NCBI GenBank assembly: GCA_963736805.1
Contig: CAVTQM010000063.1
Coordinates: 18,324 to 82,323, forward strand
DNA length: 64,000 bases
Source of the DNA: an uncultured Chloroflexia bacterium
GTDB lineage: Bacteria > Chloroflexota > Anaerolineae > Anaerolineales > UBA4823
Direction: 5' to 3'
Shown piece after piece: positions 1-9,143 of the stretch. The notes beneath the pieces were generated by a model. It saw nothing but the letters and a program-made list of their open reading frames with translations, was not told the origin of the DNA and did no database searches. Position numbers and translations under genes: made by a program. Numbering within the stretch: the stretch's first letter is position 1; each line of letters opens with the position of its first letter.

Positions 1-71
1 GCATTCAAACCCACCAGCATGCTGAATATAATGATGATGCTGATTGAGAATAAAATCCTATTGCGTTTCAT
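1..71 (-). CDS. N-terminal 23 codons of a secreted/membrane protein that continues beyond the left edge
   Basis: ATG at 71 (minus strand) lies 5 nt downstream of GAGGAGG. It reads MKRNRILFSISIIIIFSMLVGLN (basic N-terminus plus hydrophobic core). Confidence 0.4.
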   Translation of the reverse strand, partial: MKRNRILFSISIIIIFSMLVGLN

Positions 72-181
72 TGCTACCTCCTCACAGTTCTTTTTATTTA
101 ATGGTTATGTACATTATCAGCGGACAATAATTTTTTTGTGATAACCACCTCCTGACCAGTGAAAAAAGAATAAATGAGTCC

Positions 182-212
182 AAAAAAAACAAAAAGCCGA
201 CCATTTCGGCCG
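182..212 (-). terminator. Rho-independent terminator candidate downstream of the dynamin-like gene
   Basis: GCCGA/TCGGC stem (196-200 / 206-210), followed on the minus strand by a long U-tract (A-run 182-195 on the plus strand). Confidence 0.5.
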
Positions 213-416
213 GTTTCGCTATTTGCTCCCCAAAGACCTCCCCAGAAAAAAGGTAAGCGCCCAATTCGATCTTTGGTTCATCGCATCCGTAGATATTTAT
301 ACTTGTCAGGCTCGATCTCGTTATCTATTAACTTATAACCCCTCCGTTTGTAACCTTGTGATTATTATCCCGATTTTATCCGTAGTCAAGGAGGGAATGT
401 CATAAAATTCACAAAC

Positions 417-2153
417 TTACACCCCGATCACTTCTCCCACCTTTACCTTCAGGCTCTCCAGACCGGTTTTCGTTTCAGCAAGATTGGTTTGCACTTCCTC
501 AAGCTTTGCCTGTTCGGAGCGCACAAAGCGCGAATAGGGAGCGATGGCATCCTTGATATTATGCATGCCGCGCTCCATCTCCTGTTCAAATTGGGTTCGC
601 AGGGACTGGATGAGCTGTTCTCTTAAATGTGCGATCTTTTCGCGCAGATCAGCTTTGGCCTGGCGCTTCTTGGCCGGGATGATGAACAAGCCCAGCAGGG
701 CGATCACGCTGGCCAGGATGATGCCGGTTGCATCTGCAGCGGCGGTGGTGGCCAGCACAGCAATCAGTGCACCCAGGCTGATTGCCCCAACCTCGGTGGC
801 AGCCAGAGCGGCCACTGCTGTTTGAGCTCCCTCCGCCATGAGGCGTGCTTCAGCTTGACGGTCATAGGTATCAACTACGCGCTGGGCTTCACGTCCTACA
901 CCATCGATCAGTTTTTCCCGGTCGTAGTGGAAGCTTCCCCCGGCTGCATCACCGATGATGCGTTCCTGGTGCTGGCGCCGCCGGTCGGCGAGGTGATCCA
1001 TCACCGCCTGCCATTGGCGCAGGTTGGCTTCCACGAGCCAGTCGATCATCTCGTTCACTTTTTTCTCAATTCTCAGTGGCACATCCGCCACCACCCGCTG
1101 TTCGAATTCCTTTTGGATGCGGGATTTATTCAGCAGGTCAAACACGCGGGGTAGCCGAAGGGTCTCGTCGAAATAATCCTGCCCACGCTGTTCCATCTCG
1201 AAAAGTACTTTTTCAATGTCAGACATACGGAAGTTAAAATCACGCCGCATATCTTCTTGATACAGGGCAAGCTGTGAGTCAACATCTTCCAGCATGGTGA
1301 AATCCGTTTTAAGCAGCTCGAGGCGTGAAAGGGTCACCTGCAGGTATTTTTCAACCAGGTACGAGCCAACCCCGAGGGGGTTCATGAATTTCAATGTCAG
1401 CCGTCCCTTATCATCCAACGTGCTTTGGATATATTTTTCCAGTGCTTCAAAACGGCTGGTTTGCCAAAGTTCCGGCTCTCCAAGCTTGGAGCGCAGCGCC
1501 AGGCGTGCGCTGATCGGGAATATCTCGGGGGAGATGCCAAGTAACGCGCGGGCATTTTCGTTAATGAAGGCAATCACCAGATCCAGTTCTTCCTGGTTTT
1601 GGAACAGGTCAGTCTTGTTGAGCACAATGAGCACTTTTTTACCCCAGTCACGGATTCTTTCCAGAAATGCTCTTTCACTTTCGGTAAAGGGGCGATCAGC
1701 GGATGTGACAAAGAGAACCAGGTCGGAGCGGGGGACAAATTGTTGGGTAATGGCTTCGTGTTGGCGGATAATCGCATTGGTACCCGGAGTGTCCACGATA
1801 TTTAGCTCTGCCAATAATTCCACCGGAGCAGTGAGCGTATGCAGGTTCTCGCTCTCTACCTGCCGTTCCTGCGTTTCACCGTACCGTAAGACGTTGATCT
1901 GGGTCGTGGTGGGCGTGACGCCTTCTTTTAGTAATTTCTGACCCAACAGGGCATTGATAAATGCACTCTTGCCTGAGTTGAACTCACCCACCACCACCAG
2001 CAAAAAAAGCTCGTCCAGCTGGCGAATGGATTGAGCCAGCGTCTCATGATCCTCAGATGTGGCACCAAATTGGATCAGGGAAGCACGCAGGTTATTCAAT
2101 AAGTTGCGGGAATCTTTAAGCAGGCTTTCCTGGGCATCGGTCAGAATTTGCAT
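417..2153 (-). CDS. Bacterial dynamin-like GTPase (BDLP/DynA family)
   Basis: Intact 578-aa ORF. G1 GEFNSGKS, G3 DTPG, G4 NKTD. Long helical stalk and a hydrophobic paddle (ISLGALIAVLATTAAADATGIILASVIALLGLFII). GGAG lies 9 nt upstream of the ATG. Confidence 0.85.
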   Translation of the reverse strand: MQILTDAQESLLKDSRNLLNNLRASLIQFGATSEDHETLAQSIRQLDELFLLVVVGEFNSGKSAFINALLGQKLLKEGVTPTTTQINVLRYGETQERQVESENLHTLTAPVELLAELNIVDTPGTNAIIRQHEAITQQFVPRSDLVLFVTSADRPFTESERAFLERIRDWGKKVLIVLNKTDLFQNQEELDLVIAFINENARALLGISPEIFPISARLALRSKLGEPELWQTSRFEALEKYIQSTLDDKGRLTLKFMNPLGVGSYLVEKYLQVTLSRLELLKTDFTMLEDVDSQLALYQEDMRRDFNFRMSDIEKVLFEMEQRGQDYFDETLRLPRVFDLLNKSRIQKEFEQRVVADVPLRIEKKVNEMIDWLVEANLRQWQAVMDHLADRRRQHQERIIGDAAGGSFHYDREKLIDGVGREAQRVVDTYDRQAEARLMAEGAQTAVAALAATEVGAISLGALIAVLATTAAADATGIILASVIALLGLFIIPAKKRQAKADLREKIAHLREQLIQSLRTQFEQEMERGMHNIKDAIAPYSRFVRSEQAKLEEVQTNLAETKTGLESLKVKVGEVIGV

Positions 2154-2286
2154 AATATGCTCTCCTTAAACCTGATTATAGTTTATTAAATCAAATGCGA
2201 CGCATTGGCTGGAGATGATCCATTATTCCAGTGTATGCGTCGCGTAGTGCTTATCAACACACGGTTGATCTTGTAAGCTAAGTCCC

Positions 2287-2499
2287 TCAGATACTGCCAG
2301 AATTGCAGCTTGACCCCGAGCTGTTGCCGAACGAAAATGAGCTCCCACCTGTCAACCTGGATGCAAAAGTTGAAATTTTCCTGGTGATGTTCAGGCTTTC
2401 GCAGGCAGGGCAGGAGATTTCACCAATTTTACTGGTACTCAACACAAGCATCTCAAATGGTTTTCCGCAATCGGCACACATGTATTCAAAAATGGGCAT
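2287..2499 (-). CDS. FmdB-family zinc-ribbon protein (putative regulatory protein)
   Basis: The 70-aa ORF starts MPIFEYMCADCGKPFE and has a second CxxC (CPACES). The C-terminal tail is Gly/Ser-rich. Confidence 0.75.
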   Translation of the reverse strand: MPIFEYMCADCGKPFEMLVLSTSKIGEISCPACESLNITRKISTFASRLTGGSSFSFGNSSGSSCNSGSI

Positions 2500-2641
2500 A
2501 TTTTTCCTCCGATAAGAAAATGTCCAGAAAAGTCTTCAAGTGCTTATCATACTCACTGGGGGTTGGATCCAAATGATTAGATGCTGGAAGCCTCAAAAGG
2601 ATACACTTGATCAGCAAATCCCTATAACTTGATGTTATCCC

Positions 2642-2670
2642 AAAAAAAAGACCCGGTTTTTCTCCGGGTC
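2642..2670 (-). terminator. Rho-independent terminator after the efflux operon
   Basis: 7-bp stem GACCCGG/CCGGGTC (2650-2656 / 2664-2670), followed on the minus strand by an 8-nt U-tract (A-run 2642-2649). It sits 9 nt past the stop of the adaptor gene. Confidence 0.75.
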
Positions 2671-2678
2671 TCAGTTTT

Positions 2679-3842
2679 TCATGGATTAAAGCTGATTTCG
2701 ACGGTCATCCCCCACCGGAAATTGGGGTCAGGCTGGTCGACGTGCAGGCGAACTTTATAAAGGATATCTCCAGCCTGAACATAGAAATTATCTGCAACCT
2801 CGGTTACCACACCACTTGCTTGCAGCTCAGGCAGCGCATCGGGGGAGATGGAAGCACCCTGGCCAATGGATACTTTTACTACCTCCTGTTCGGTCAGGTC
2901 GTTGGTCTCCACGAACCATTCGGAATAATCTGCCACAAGGACTGCCCATTTGTCGGATCCAACCAACTCCCCATTACTGATATTCACATCAACCACGCTG
3001 CCATCAAAGGGTGCTTTTAAATCCAGGTTATCCATTGCCGCCTGGGCTGAGGTTTGATGCGCAACAGCAGTATCAAAGTTCATTTGAGCGGCTGTAAGCT
3101 GATCTGGATCAGGTCCTTGCCGTGTAGAGTCATAGACACTTTGCGCCTTGGCTTGCATTGATTCAGCCAATTGCAAGTTGGCTTCAACCCTTTCCTTGTT
3201 GATGATGAGTTGGTCGCGCTCATGCACGGCATTGTCATAATCATTTTGAGCATCGTTGAGCGCTGTTTCAGCGGTCTTTCGGGTTGGATTTTCTGGATCC
3301 AAATCAGCATATTTATCAAATTCGGTTTGGGCATCATCCAATTTGGTTTGCATATCCGAAACCTTGATCTGTGCATCGTCGATCTTTTCCTGATATTCAT
3401 CGGTGTCAACCTTGTTCCAGGCTATCTCGGCATCCATAACGCTCTGCTTGGCGTTTAACAATGCCAGCCATGCATTTGCTGACGAGATGGCAGCATTTTT
3501 ATTGAGGTCATCCAATGCTTGTTGGGCATTTTCCACCTCCAGCTGAGTTGCGGTCAGGTTAGCTTCATATTGCTGCCGATCACCCAGGCGTGCCAAAACC
3601 TGCCCTTGTATGACTTGGTCGCCTTGCTTCACCAGAATCTCTTCAATATGACCACCACTGGGAAATGCCAGGTACATATAATCCTTGGGAACCAGGTTAC
3701 CCTGGCTGATGACCGACCCGCTGTCAGCGACGACCGGGGCAGGCGTGCTTTCCGGTGTGCTTTGTTTGTCAAATACGCTGCAGCCACTCAGAAAAAGAGC
3801 AGTGAAGATAAAAATGGAGAAGAATTTTAAGTAGTTTTTCAT
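2679..3842 (-). CDS. Efflux-pump periplasmic adaptor (HlyD/MFP family) lipoprotein
   Basis: 387-aa ORF. Signal peptide with lipobox FLSGC. A long Ala/Gln/Asp-rich coiled-coil hairpin is flanked by beta-barrel segments (GHIEEILVKQGDQV..., APFDGSVVDVNI). Confidence 0.8.
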   Translation of the reverse strand: MKNYLKFFSIFIFTALFLSGCSVFDKQSTPESTPAPVVADSGSVISQGNLVPKDYMYLAFPSGGHIEEILVKQGDQVIQGQVLARLGDRQQYEANLTATQLEVENAQQALDDLNKNAAISSANAWLALLNAKQSVMDAEIAWNKVDTDEYQEKIDDAQIKVSDMQTKLDDAQTEFDKYADLDPENPTRKTAETALNDAQNDYDNAVHERDQLIINKERVEANLQLAESMQAKAQSVYDSTRQGPDPDQLTAAQMNFDTAVAHQTSAQAAMDNLDLKAPFDGSVVDVNISNGELVGSDKWAVLVADYSEWFVETNDLTEQEVVKVSIGQGASISPDALPELQASGVVTEVADNFYVQAGDILYKVRLHVDQPDPNFRWGMTVEISFNP

Positions 3843-3864
3843 GACTCACCTCTTAATATTATTG

Positions 3865-6252
3865 CTATTCATATGCCAGGACTTCACGGATGGTCAGCCG
3901 GGCAGCGTTGCGTGCTGGTAAAACGCTGGCTAATGCTGATAGGATCAGGACCAACCCCAACCAAATAATAAATCCAAGTGGATTAAGCACAAATTGGCTG
4001 GGTGAATTAAAAATTGCCAGGCTGATGATGCGCGAGAGCAGGAACGTGATCGGGAAAGAGAAGATGGCTCCTAAAAACCAGCTGATACTCCCGATGATCA
4101 TTCCTTCAACGATAACCGTCTTCATGATCTGCCCATCGGTTGCTCCAATGGCGCGCATCACACCAATCTCGCGGGTACGTTCCATGACGTTCATACCCAT
4201 GGTTCCGGTCAAACCAATACTGCCAACTAAAGCCGTCAGCAGGGCCATGATGAGTAAGAAATTGATCAGGATCGCCAGGCTCTCTGAAGCGGTTTCCAGA
4301 GTGGAGAGACCAGCCTGTGTTTCGCTGACGTGGTATCCAAGATCGCGTAGATATTTATCAATCGTCGCGCTCATCTGTTTTTGGTACTCAAGCGTGTGTT
4401 CCTCAGTGACAATGCGGTAGGAAAAAGCCTGGTTGGATAGGTTGAGCAGCTCGGAGATGTAATCATAGGTGGCATAACCAATGATTTGATCACGGCTGAT
4501 GAAGCGGAAAATCCCCACTACGGTCCACTCGTCTTCCTGACCGTTAATCTTCAGTTTTAACTCGTCACCCGCCTTGAGGTCAGGAAAATCGCTCCAGATG
4601 GCCTCACTGATGGTGATGGCTTTCTTGTCCCCTGGTGTAAGCCAGCGTCCTTCCAGCATGATCGGCTCAATTAAACTGCTCTCCACTGGTGGAGCCAGGA
4701 TGGTTAAATAATCAGCCACACTATCATCAGGCCGGATGATATCCGCTGAAACGAAAGACCAGCCTTCAGAGTGCTGTACATGCGGGACATCCATGACAGC
4801 CTGGTTGATTTCGTCCACACGGTAAGGCCGATCAAAGTTAAGCGTCACATCGGCAATGAAATATTTTCCGATCTGAGCCATGTAATCTTCCAACGATTGT
4901 TGGACATTGAACACTGCGATGAAAATTGCACCACCAATCGTCAGGGTCAGCAAAGTGAGCAATAAGCGACGTTTACGCCGGAAAGTATTGCGGATTGAGA
5001 TCAACATCGGGCGGGAAAGCCATTTCACCCGGCTTCCTAATCGTTCCAACCAGCCGTAGGTGGCTTTCCCCTTGCTTAATCCACTTCCGCTGATTGCTTC
5101 CTGAACTTTTACGCGTGAACCATTATTGACCGGGATGAATCCAGCTGCTAGTGGAATCAAAATGGCCACCACAATTTGCAAGAGATAAGCCATTGGAACA
5201 ATACGGTAGCCTTGAAGGTTAAAATTCATCTTACTGGCGATAAATTGTGAAAGTGCAAATGCCGCCTGCCCCCCGGTTGGCAGTGCGATCAGTAATGCCA
5301 TCAGCCCAAAGGACAGGATCAGGACAATATACATACCGAAGATTTGTTGGCTGCGTGCCCCGATCAGCTTCATCACCCCGATATGGGGCAGATGCTGGGT
5401 AAGCAACGAGTTAAGCGTGTTGGCGATCAATGAGCTGCTTAAAAACACGATCAAGATACCCAGCGCCATCAGGATTCCTAAGATTGCCTCAACTGTGGAT
5501 GACATGGGATGTTCGTTGGTTTTATTCAGCTCGGTGCGGTAGACCTGTCGATTACTTTTTTCGATCTTGTCCGAGACGGATGTGGAGACCTCGCGAATGT
5601 GTTCGATATCGTTTGAATCACCAGTGACCGTGACCATCAGGCGGTTGTAATTGGTTGGCTGACCCAGCCAGGGGAGGGTGTCGAGCGTTACATAGCCGAG
5701 TGGAGCGGCGAGAAAATCGCCTGCTCCCGTCGTCTGGTCTTGAACAAATCCCACCACGGTCATCTTCTTAATATTGCCATTCGGGAGCTGAAACTCCACT
5801 TCATCCCCGACCTCAACCGAGAGATTATCCAGGGCTTTGCTTTCTAAGATCACCTGTTTATCCGCTGGGATGGGGTTGCCTTCGAGTGGCAATAACAGGT
5901 TAATGTGTGTATCCGTAAAATCATTAATTGCCACCAGGTCAAGGTTGGACCAATCCTCACCTGGAACACGGATACGAACAGAAAAGAAACGTCGCCCTTC
6001 AACCTCTTTTACACCATCCAGGTTACCCAGCGAATCAATAAGATCCTGGTTAAAATCATCCGTACGCATATCGATATTCGCCGGGTTGGCGGAACCATAG
6101 CTGGCGCCCATGTCGTTCGAGATGATTTCATATGCTCCAGCGATCATGCCAATCGAAAAGACACCCACTGCAATCGATGCCACCACCAGCAGGGTGCGCA
6201 TCTTGTTATCCCATAAATCGGAAAGGACCTTGCGCCATCGTGGGCGGATCAT
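3865..6252 (-). CDS. ABC transporter permease with two FtsX/MacB-type modules
   Basis: The ORF track gives 3865..6327. I place the start at ATG 6252 (MIRPRWRKVLSDLWDNKMRT), which abuts the stop of the upstream ATPase at 6254. There are two repeats, each of a TM helix, a large extracytoplasmic domain and 3 TM helices. Confidence 0.85.
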   Translation of the reverse strand: MIRPRWRKVLSDLWDNKMRTLLVVASIAVGVFSIGMIAGAYEIISNDMGASYGSANPANIDMRTDDFNQDLIDSLGNLDGVKEVEGRRFFSVRIRVPGEDWSNLDLVAINDFTDTHINLLLPLEGNPIPADKQVILESKALDNLSVEVGDEVEFQLPNGNIKKMTVVGFVQDQTTGAGDFLAAPLGYVTLDTLPWLGQPTNYNRLMVTVTGDSNDIEHIREVSTSVSDKIEKSNRQVYRTELNKTNEHPMSSTVEAILGILMALGILIVFLSSSLIANTLNSLLTQHLPHIGVMKLIGARSQQIFGMYIVLILSFGLMALLIALPTGGQAAFALSQFIASKMNFNLQGYRIVPMAYLLQIVVAILIPLAAGFIPVNNGSRVKVQEAISGSGLSKGKATYGWLERLGSRVKWLSRPMLISIRNTFRRKRRLLLTLLTLTIGGAIFIAVFNVQQSLEDYMAQIGKYFIADVTLNFDRPYRVDEINQAVMDVPHVQHSEGWSFVSADIIRPDDSVADYLTILAPPVESSLIEPIMLEGRWLTPGDKKAITISEAIWSDFPDLKAGDELKLKINGQEDEWTVVGIFRFISRDQIIGYATYDYISELLNLSNQAFSYRIVTEEHTLEYQKQMSATIDKYLRDLGYHVSETQAGLSTLETASESLAILINFLLIMALLTALVGSIGLTGTMGMNVMERTREIGVMRAIGATDGQIMKTVIVEGMIIGSISWFLGAIFSFPITFLLSRIISLAIFNSPSQFVLNPLGFIIWLGLVLILSALASVLPARNAARLTIREVLAYE

Positions 6253-6253
6253 G

Positions 6254-7354
6254 CTACCACCATCGCCTTCTGCGGTCTGCTGCCCGGTTCTCCGCCATGC
6301 GAGCCTGGACGATCCGGGAGATAGCATCTTCGGTTAATGGCGAGCCAACCAGCATTTCAGTAAAATCTTTACGACGCAAGACTACCAGCTTGACCGGTTT
6401 TTCTGGTGTTGCCCGTACGCTGGCGATTGAATTACCACCATGTATCAATTCAACCTCGCCAAAAAATTCACCTTCACCGAGCCGGGCAATGGTTACCTCT
6501 TCTTGCTTGGCGGGCTCGAGAATAATTTCCACCTCTCCCTCAGTGATCATGAAAAAGGAATCAATATGCTCTCCTTTATGAATGATCGTATTCCCAGCAG
6601 GTATTTCTTTATGCTCAAGTAAATGGGTTACCTTGAGCATTTGAGCGTGGGTAAGCAATGGAAGAGCCTTGGCAACTGTTTCATTAATGATCTTTCCATC
6701 CGAGATGATCAAGGTTCGCGTGGTTCGCTTGGTGATGGATGGGTCGTGGGTAACCAGGATGATCGTCTTGCCCTGCAAGACAAGCTGGTAGAAAAGTTCG
6801 ATGATCTCTTCCGATGAGCGTGAGTCGAGGTTTCCTGTCGGCTCATCCGCGACAATGATAGGTGGGTCGGTCGCCAGTGCCCGGGCAATTGCTGCCGCCT
6901 GCTGCTGTCCGTTAGAGACAGCTGCCGGGAGCTGGTTAGCATGCTCCTGCAACCCAACCATCTTGAGCAGCTCAAAAGCACGTTCCGGGCGTTCGGCTGG
7001 AGAAAACACGTTGCAAAAATCCATCGGAAGCATCGTATTTTCCAACAGGCTGAGCATCGGAAGCAGCTGGAAGAATTGGAAGACGATCCCCAGATTATGA
7101 CCGCGCCATAGTGAACGTTCACTCTCGGTCATTTTATAGATATTCACCCCGTTTACCAGCACCTCTCCGGAGGTCGGGTGGTCAATTCCGGTGATCATAT
7201 TAAGCATGGTGGATTTGCCGCTGCCAGATTTACCCACGATGGCAATAAACTGTCCTGCCAGGATGTCCACATCCACACCGTTCAGGCCGATGTATTCGCC
7301 CGCCGTGGTCTTGAAGCGCTTAACCACCTGGCGAAGTTGAATCATCTGGGGCAT
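6254..7354 (-). CDS. ABC transporter ATP-binding protein fused to a C-terminal cyclic-nucleotide-binding-like (CAP_ED) domain
   Basis: Walker A GKSGSGKST, signature SNGQQQ, Walker B IIVADEPT. The C-terminal ~130 aa match the CAP effector-domain pattern (IPAGNTIIHKGEHIDSFFMITEGEVEI...LGEGEFFGEVELIHGGNSIASVRA). Confidence 0.85.
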   Translation of the reverse strand: MPQMIQLRQVVKRFKTTAGEYIGLNGVDVDILAGQFIAIVGKSGSGKSTMLNMITGIDHPTSGEVLVNGVNIYKMTESERSLWRGHNLGIVFQFFQLLPMLSLLENTMLPMDFCNVFSPAERPERAFELLKMVGLQEHANQLPAAVSNGQQQAAAIARALATDPPIIVADEPTGNLDSRSSEEIIELFYQLVLQGKTIILVTHDPSITKRTTRTLIISDGKIINETVAKALPLLTHAQMLKVTHLLEHKEIPAGNTIIHKGEHIDSFFMITEGEVEIILEPAKQEEVTIARLGEGEFFGEVELIHGGNSIASVRATPEKPVKLVVLRRKDFTEMLVGSPLTEDAISRIVQARMAENRAADRRRRWW

Positions 7355-7366
7355 TAGCTACTCCGT

Positions 7367-8155
7367 TCATCGCTGCTCCTGGGCGGATACCAGGTGGAAT
7401 CCTGAATCAGCGGTGATGGTCCCGTCCGCAATGAGCAGTCGGCGTGTGAAGCGTGGGGCAAGGTTGTTGTCATGCGTGACCATGATGATGGTACGTCCCT
7501 GCTCGATCAGCTTCTCAAATATCTCGAAGATGGTTTCGGCGGTGAGCGTGTCCAGGCTGCCGGTTGGCTCATCTGCGACAATGATGGGAGGGTCATTGGC
7601 AAGGGAGCGGGCAATGGCAACCCGCTGCTTCTGCCCACCCGAGATGTAAGCTGGCAGCTTATAGGCGTGATCTTCCAGCTCCATCAATGTGAGCAGCTCA
7701 AGGGCGCGCTCCTTACTGATACGCCGCTGATAATGACCACTAAAATCCACTGGCAGCATGATATTTTCCACCAGGTTGAGCATGGGCAGCAGCTGAAAAG
7801 ACTGGTGGATGATGCCTACATTGCGACCGCGCCACACAGCCAGGGAATTCTCGCTCAGCTTGTGAATGGAGGTGCTCTTCCCGTCTGGGTCATTGAAGAC
7901 AACCTCACCGGACGTGATCATGTCTGCGCCGGTGATCATATTGAGCAGGGTAGACTTGCCTGCCCCAGACTTGCCAATCACACCCACGAACTCGCCCGCG
8001 TGGAGATCAGCCGTAATGCCCTTGAGGGCGGTGAAATCACCTGCGGCGGTATTGTATACCTTGACCACCTGGCTTAGCTGGATGAGAAGCCTGTGGTTAT
8101 TGGTTGGGGGAACTGGAAGGGAAGAAAAGTAAGAATTCATCTTTATATGCGACAC
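7367..8155 (-). CDS. ABC transporter ATP-binding protein (MacB/LolD-like), first gene of the efflux operon
   Basis: Walker A GKSGAGKST, signature SGGQKQ, Walker B IIVADEPT. Start is GTG at 8155 or ATG at 8140. Confidence 0.85.
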   Translation of the reverse strand: MSHIKMNSYFSSLPVPPTNNHRLLIQLSQVVKVYNTAAGDFTALKGITADLHAGEFVGVIGKSGAGKSTLLNMITGADMITSGEVVFNDPDGKSTSIHKLSENSLAVWRGRNVGIIHQSFQLLPMLNLVENIMLPVDFSGHYQRRISKERALELLTLMELEDHAYKLPAYISGGQKQRVAIARSLANDPPIIVADEPTGSLDTLTAETIFEIFEKLIEQGRTIIMVTHDNNLAPRFTRRLLIADGTITADSGFHLVSAQEQR

Positions 8156-8531
8156 AATAAAACTAAACCACCATTTTGACGGCGGATGATTTTACCATAA
8201 TTAAATACCTGACATCCTTATACTCACCTTAAGCAGCATTGTTTCCATCTCTTGCATAACGCTGTAGATCGGCCGGAGCTGACATCCAAAGGCTCTCTTA
8301 ATTACAGCATCACCTGGCCAGGACCATTGACTACTCGGAACAATCGAGTTCATTGATGTTAGATTACCTCCAAGAGACATGCTGAACCGAGACGCGGGCA
8401 GAGCCTACAGGCGATCCGCAATCCCTGGTAGCAGGAAACCAACTGGGTGAGTACACCCAGGAGATGTTGCATATTTGATGCCTGACCTAATAATTCATCT
8501 CATGGCGAACTGATGAAATTCTAATGTTATT

Positions 8532-8545
8532 AGAACAAATGTTCT
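8532..8545. promoter_or_regulatory. LexA operator candidate (Cheo-type SOS box, GAAC-N4-GTTC)
   Basis: Perfect 14-bp palindrome AGAACAAATGTTCT that directly overlaps the extended -10 element of the downstream cassette. Confidence 0.7.
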
Positions 8546-8553
8546 GGTATAAT
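8545..8553 (+). promoter_or_regulatory. Extended -10 promoter element (TGgTATAAT) of the GC-rich cassette
   Basis: TGGTATAAT at 8545-8553. ATG 8560 follows 6 nt later, which suggests a leaderless transcript. Confidence 0.55.
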
Positions 8554-8559
8554 CAAAAT

Positions 8560-9132
8560 ATGGACACTTATACATACCCCACTCTGAACCATTCCAGGAA
8601 TATGGATGATTCTCTTCAACTTTCCCCCCGCCAGCTTCACCTGGTGCTGGCACCGCACCGGGCTCAACGCCAGATGATGACTGTCTTGACCGCGCGCCTG
8701 GCAGTAACCAACCGGGTGCGCCTGGTGGATGCTGGCAACTGTTTTGATGGCTACGGGCTGGCACGCCAGCTGCGCCAGCGGACGTCGTCCTGGCAGGCTG
8801 CACTGGACCGGGTAAGCGTGGCACGCGCCTTCACCTGCTACCAGGTGGAAACGCTGCTGACCGAGTCGGTGGCAGACTTCTCGCCCGTGCTGGTGCTGAA
8901 CCTGCTGGACACTTTCTACGACGAGAACGTGAAGCTTTCAGAGCGGATGCGCCTGCTGGAAGTAAGCCTATCCGAGCTGCGGCGGTTATGCCGCTCAGCA
9001 TCTGTGGCGGTGAGCGCCAGTTTACCCAACCGCAACCAGCCGGGAGAATTGCTTGAAATATTGGCGGGTGCAGCCGGACAGGTATGGAGCTTTGAAGAGC
9101 CGCAGCCTGCCGAGCCATTGCGCCTGTTTTAA
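8560..9132 (+). CDS. Hypothetical protein, predicted RecA/KaiC-like core without a P-loop (ImuA-like candidate)
   Basis: The ORF-track ORF is 8524..9132. I prefer ATG 8560 (alternative 8602) because 8524-8553 is occupied by the operator and -10 element. Hydrophobic strand motifs alternate (LHLVLAP, VRLVDAGN, VSVARAF, PVLVLNLLD, ASVAVSA) and there is no GxxxxGK[ST]. The fold call is inference only. Confidence 0.5.
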   Translation: MDTYTYPTLNHSRNMDDSLQLSPRQLHLVLAPHRAQRQMMTVLTARLAVTNRVRLVDAGNCFDGYGLARQLRQRTSSWQAALDRVSVARAFTCYQVETLLTESVADFSPVLVLNLLDTFYDENVKLSERMRLLEVSLSELRRLCRSASVAVSASLPNRNQPGELLEILAGAAGQVWSFEEPQPAEPLRLF

Positions 9133-9143
9133 GGAGGTTCTTT

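Noticed and set aside
223-405. 60-aa plus-strand ORF between the terminator and the dynamin gene.
   Set aside because: There is no ribosome-binding site and no recognisable sequence. It sits in the 3' region of a convergent gene.
2196-2243. Inverted repeat TGCGACGCA ... TGCGTCGC between the FmdB and dynamin genes.
   Set aside because: The loop is ~31 nt and there is no clear U-tract. It is too weak to call a terminator or operator.
8201-8353. 50-aa minus-strand ORF (MNSIVPSSQWSWPGDAVIKRAFG...) with GGAGG 13 nt upstream, in the 370-nt gap before the SOS box.
   Set aside because: It is short with no recognisable family, and I cannot test conservation here. It could be real, but I cannot support it.
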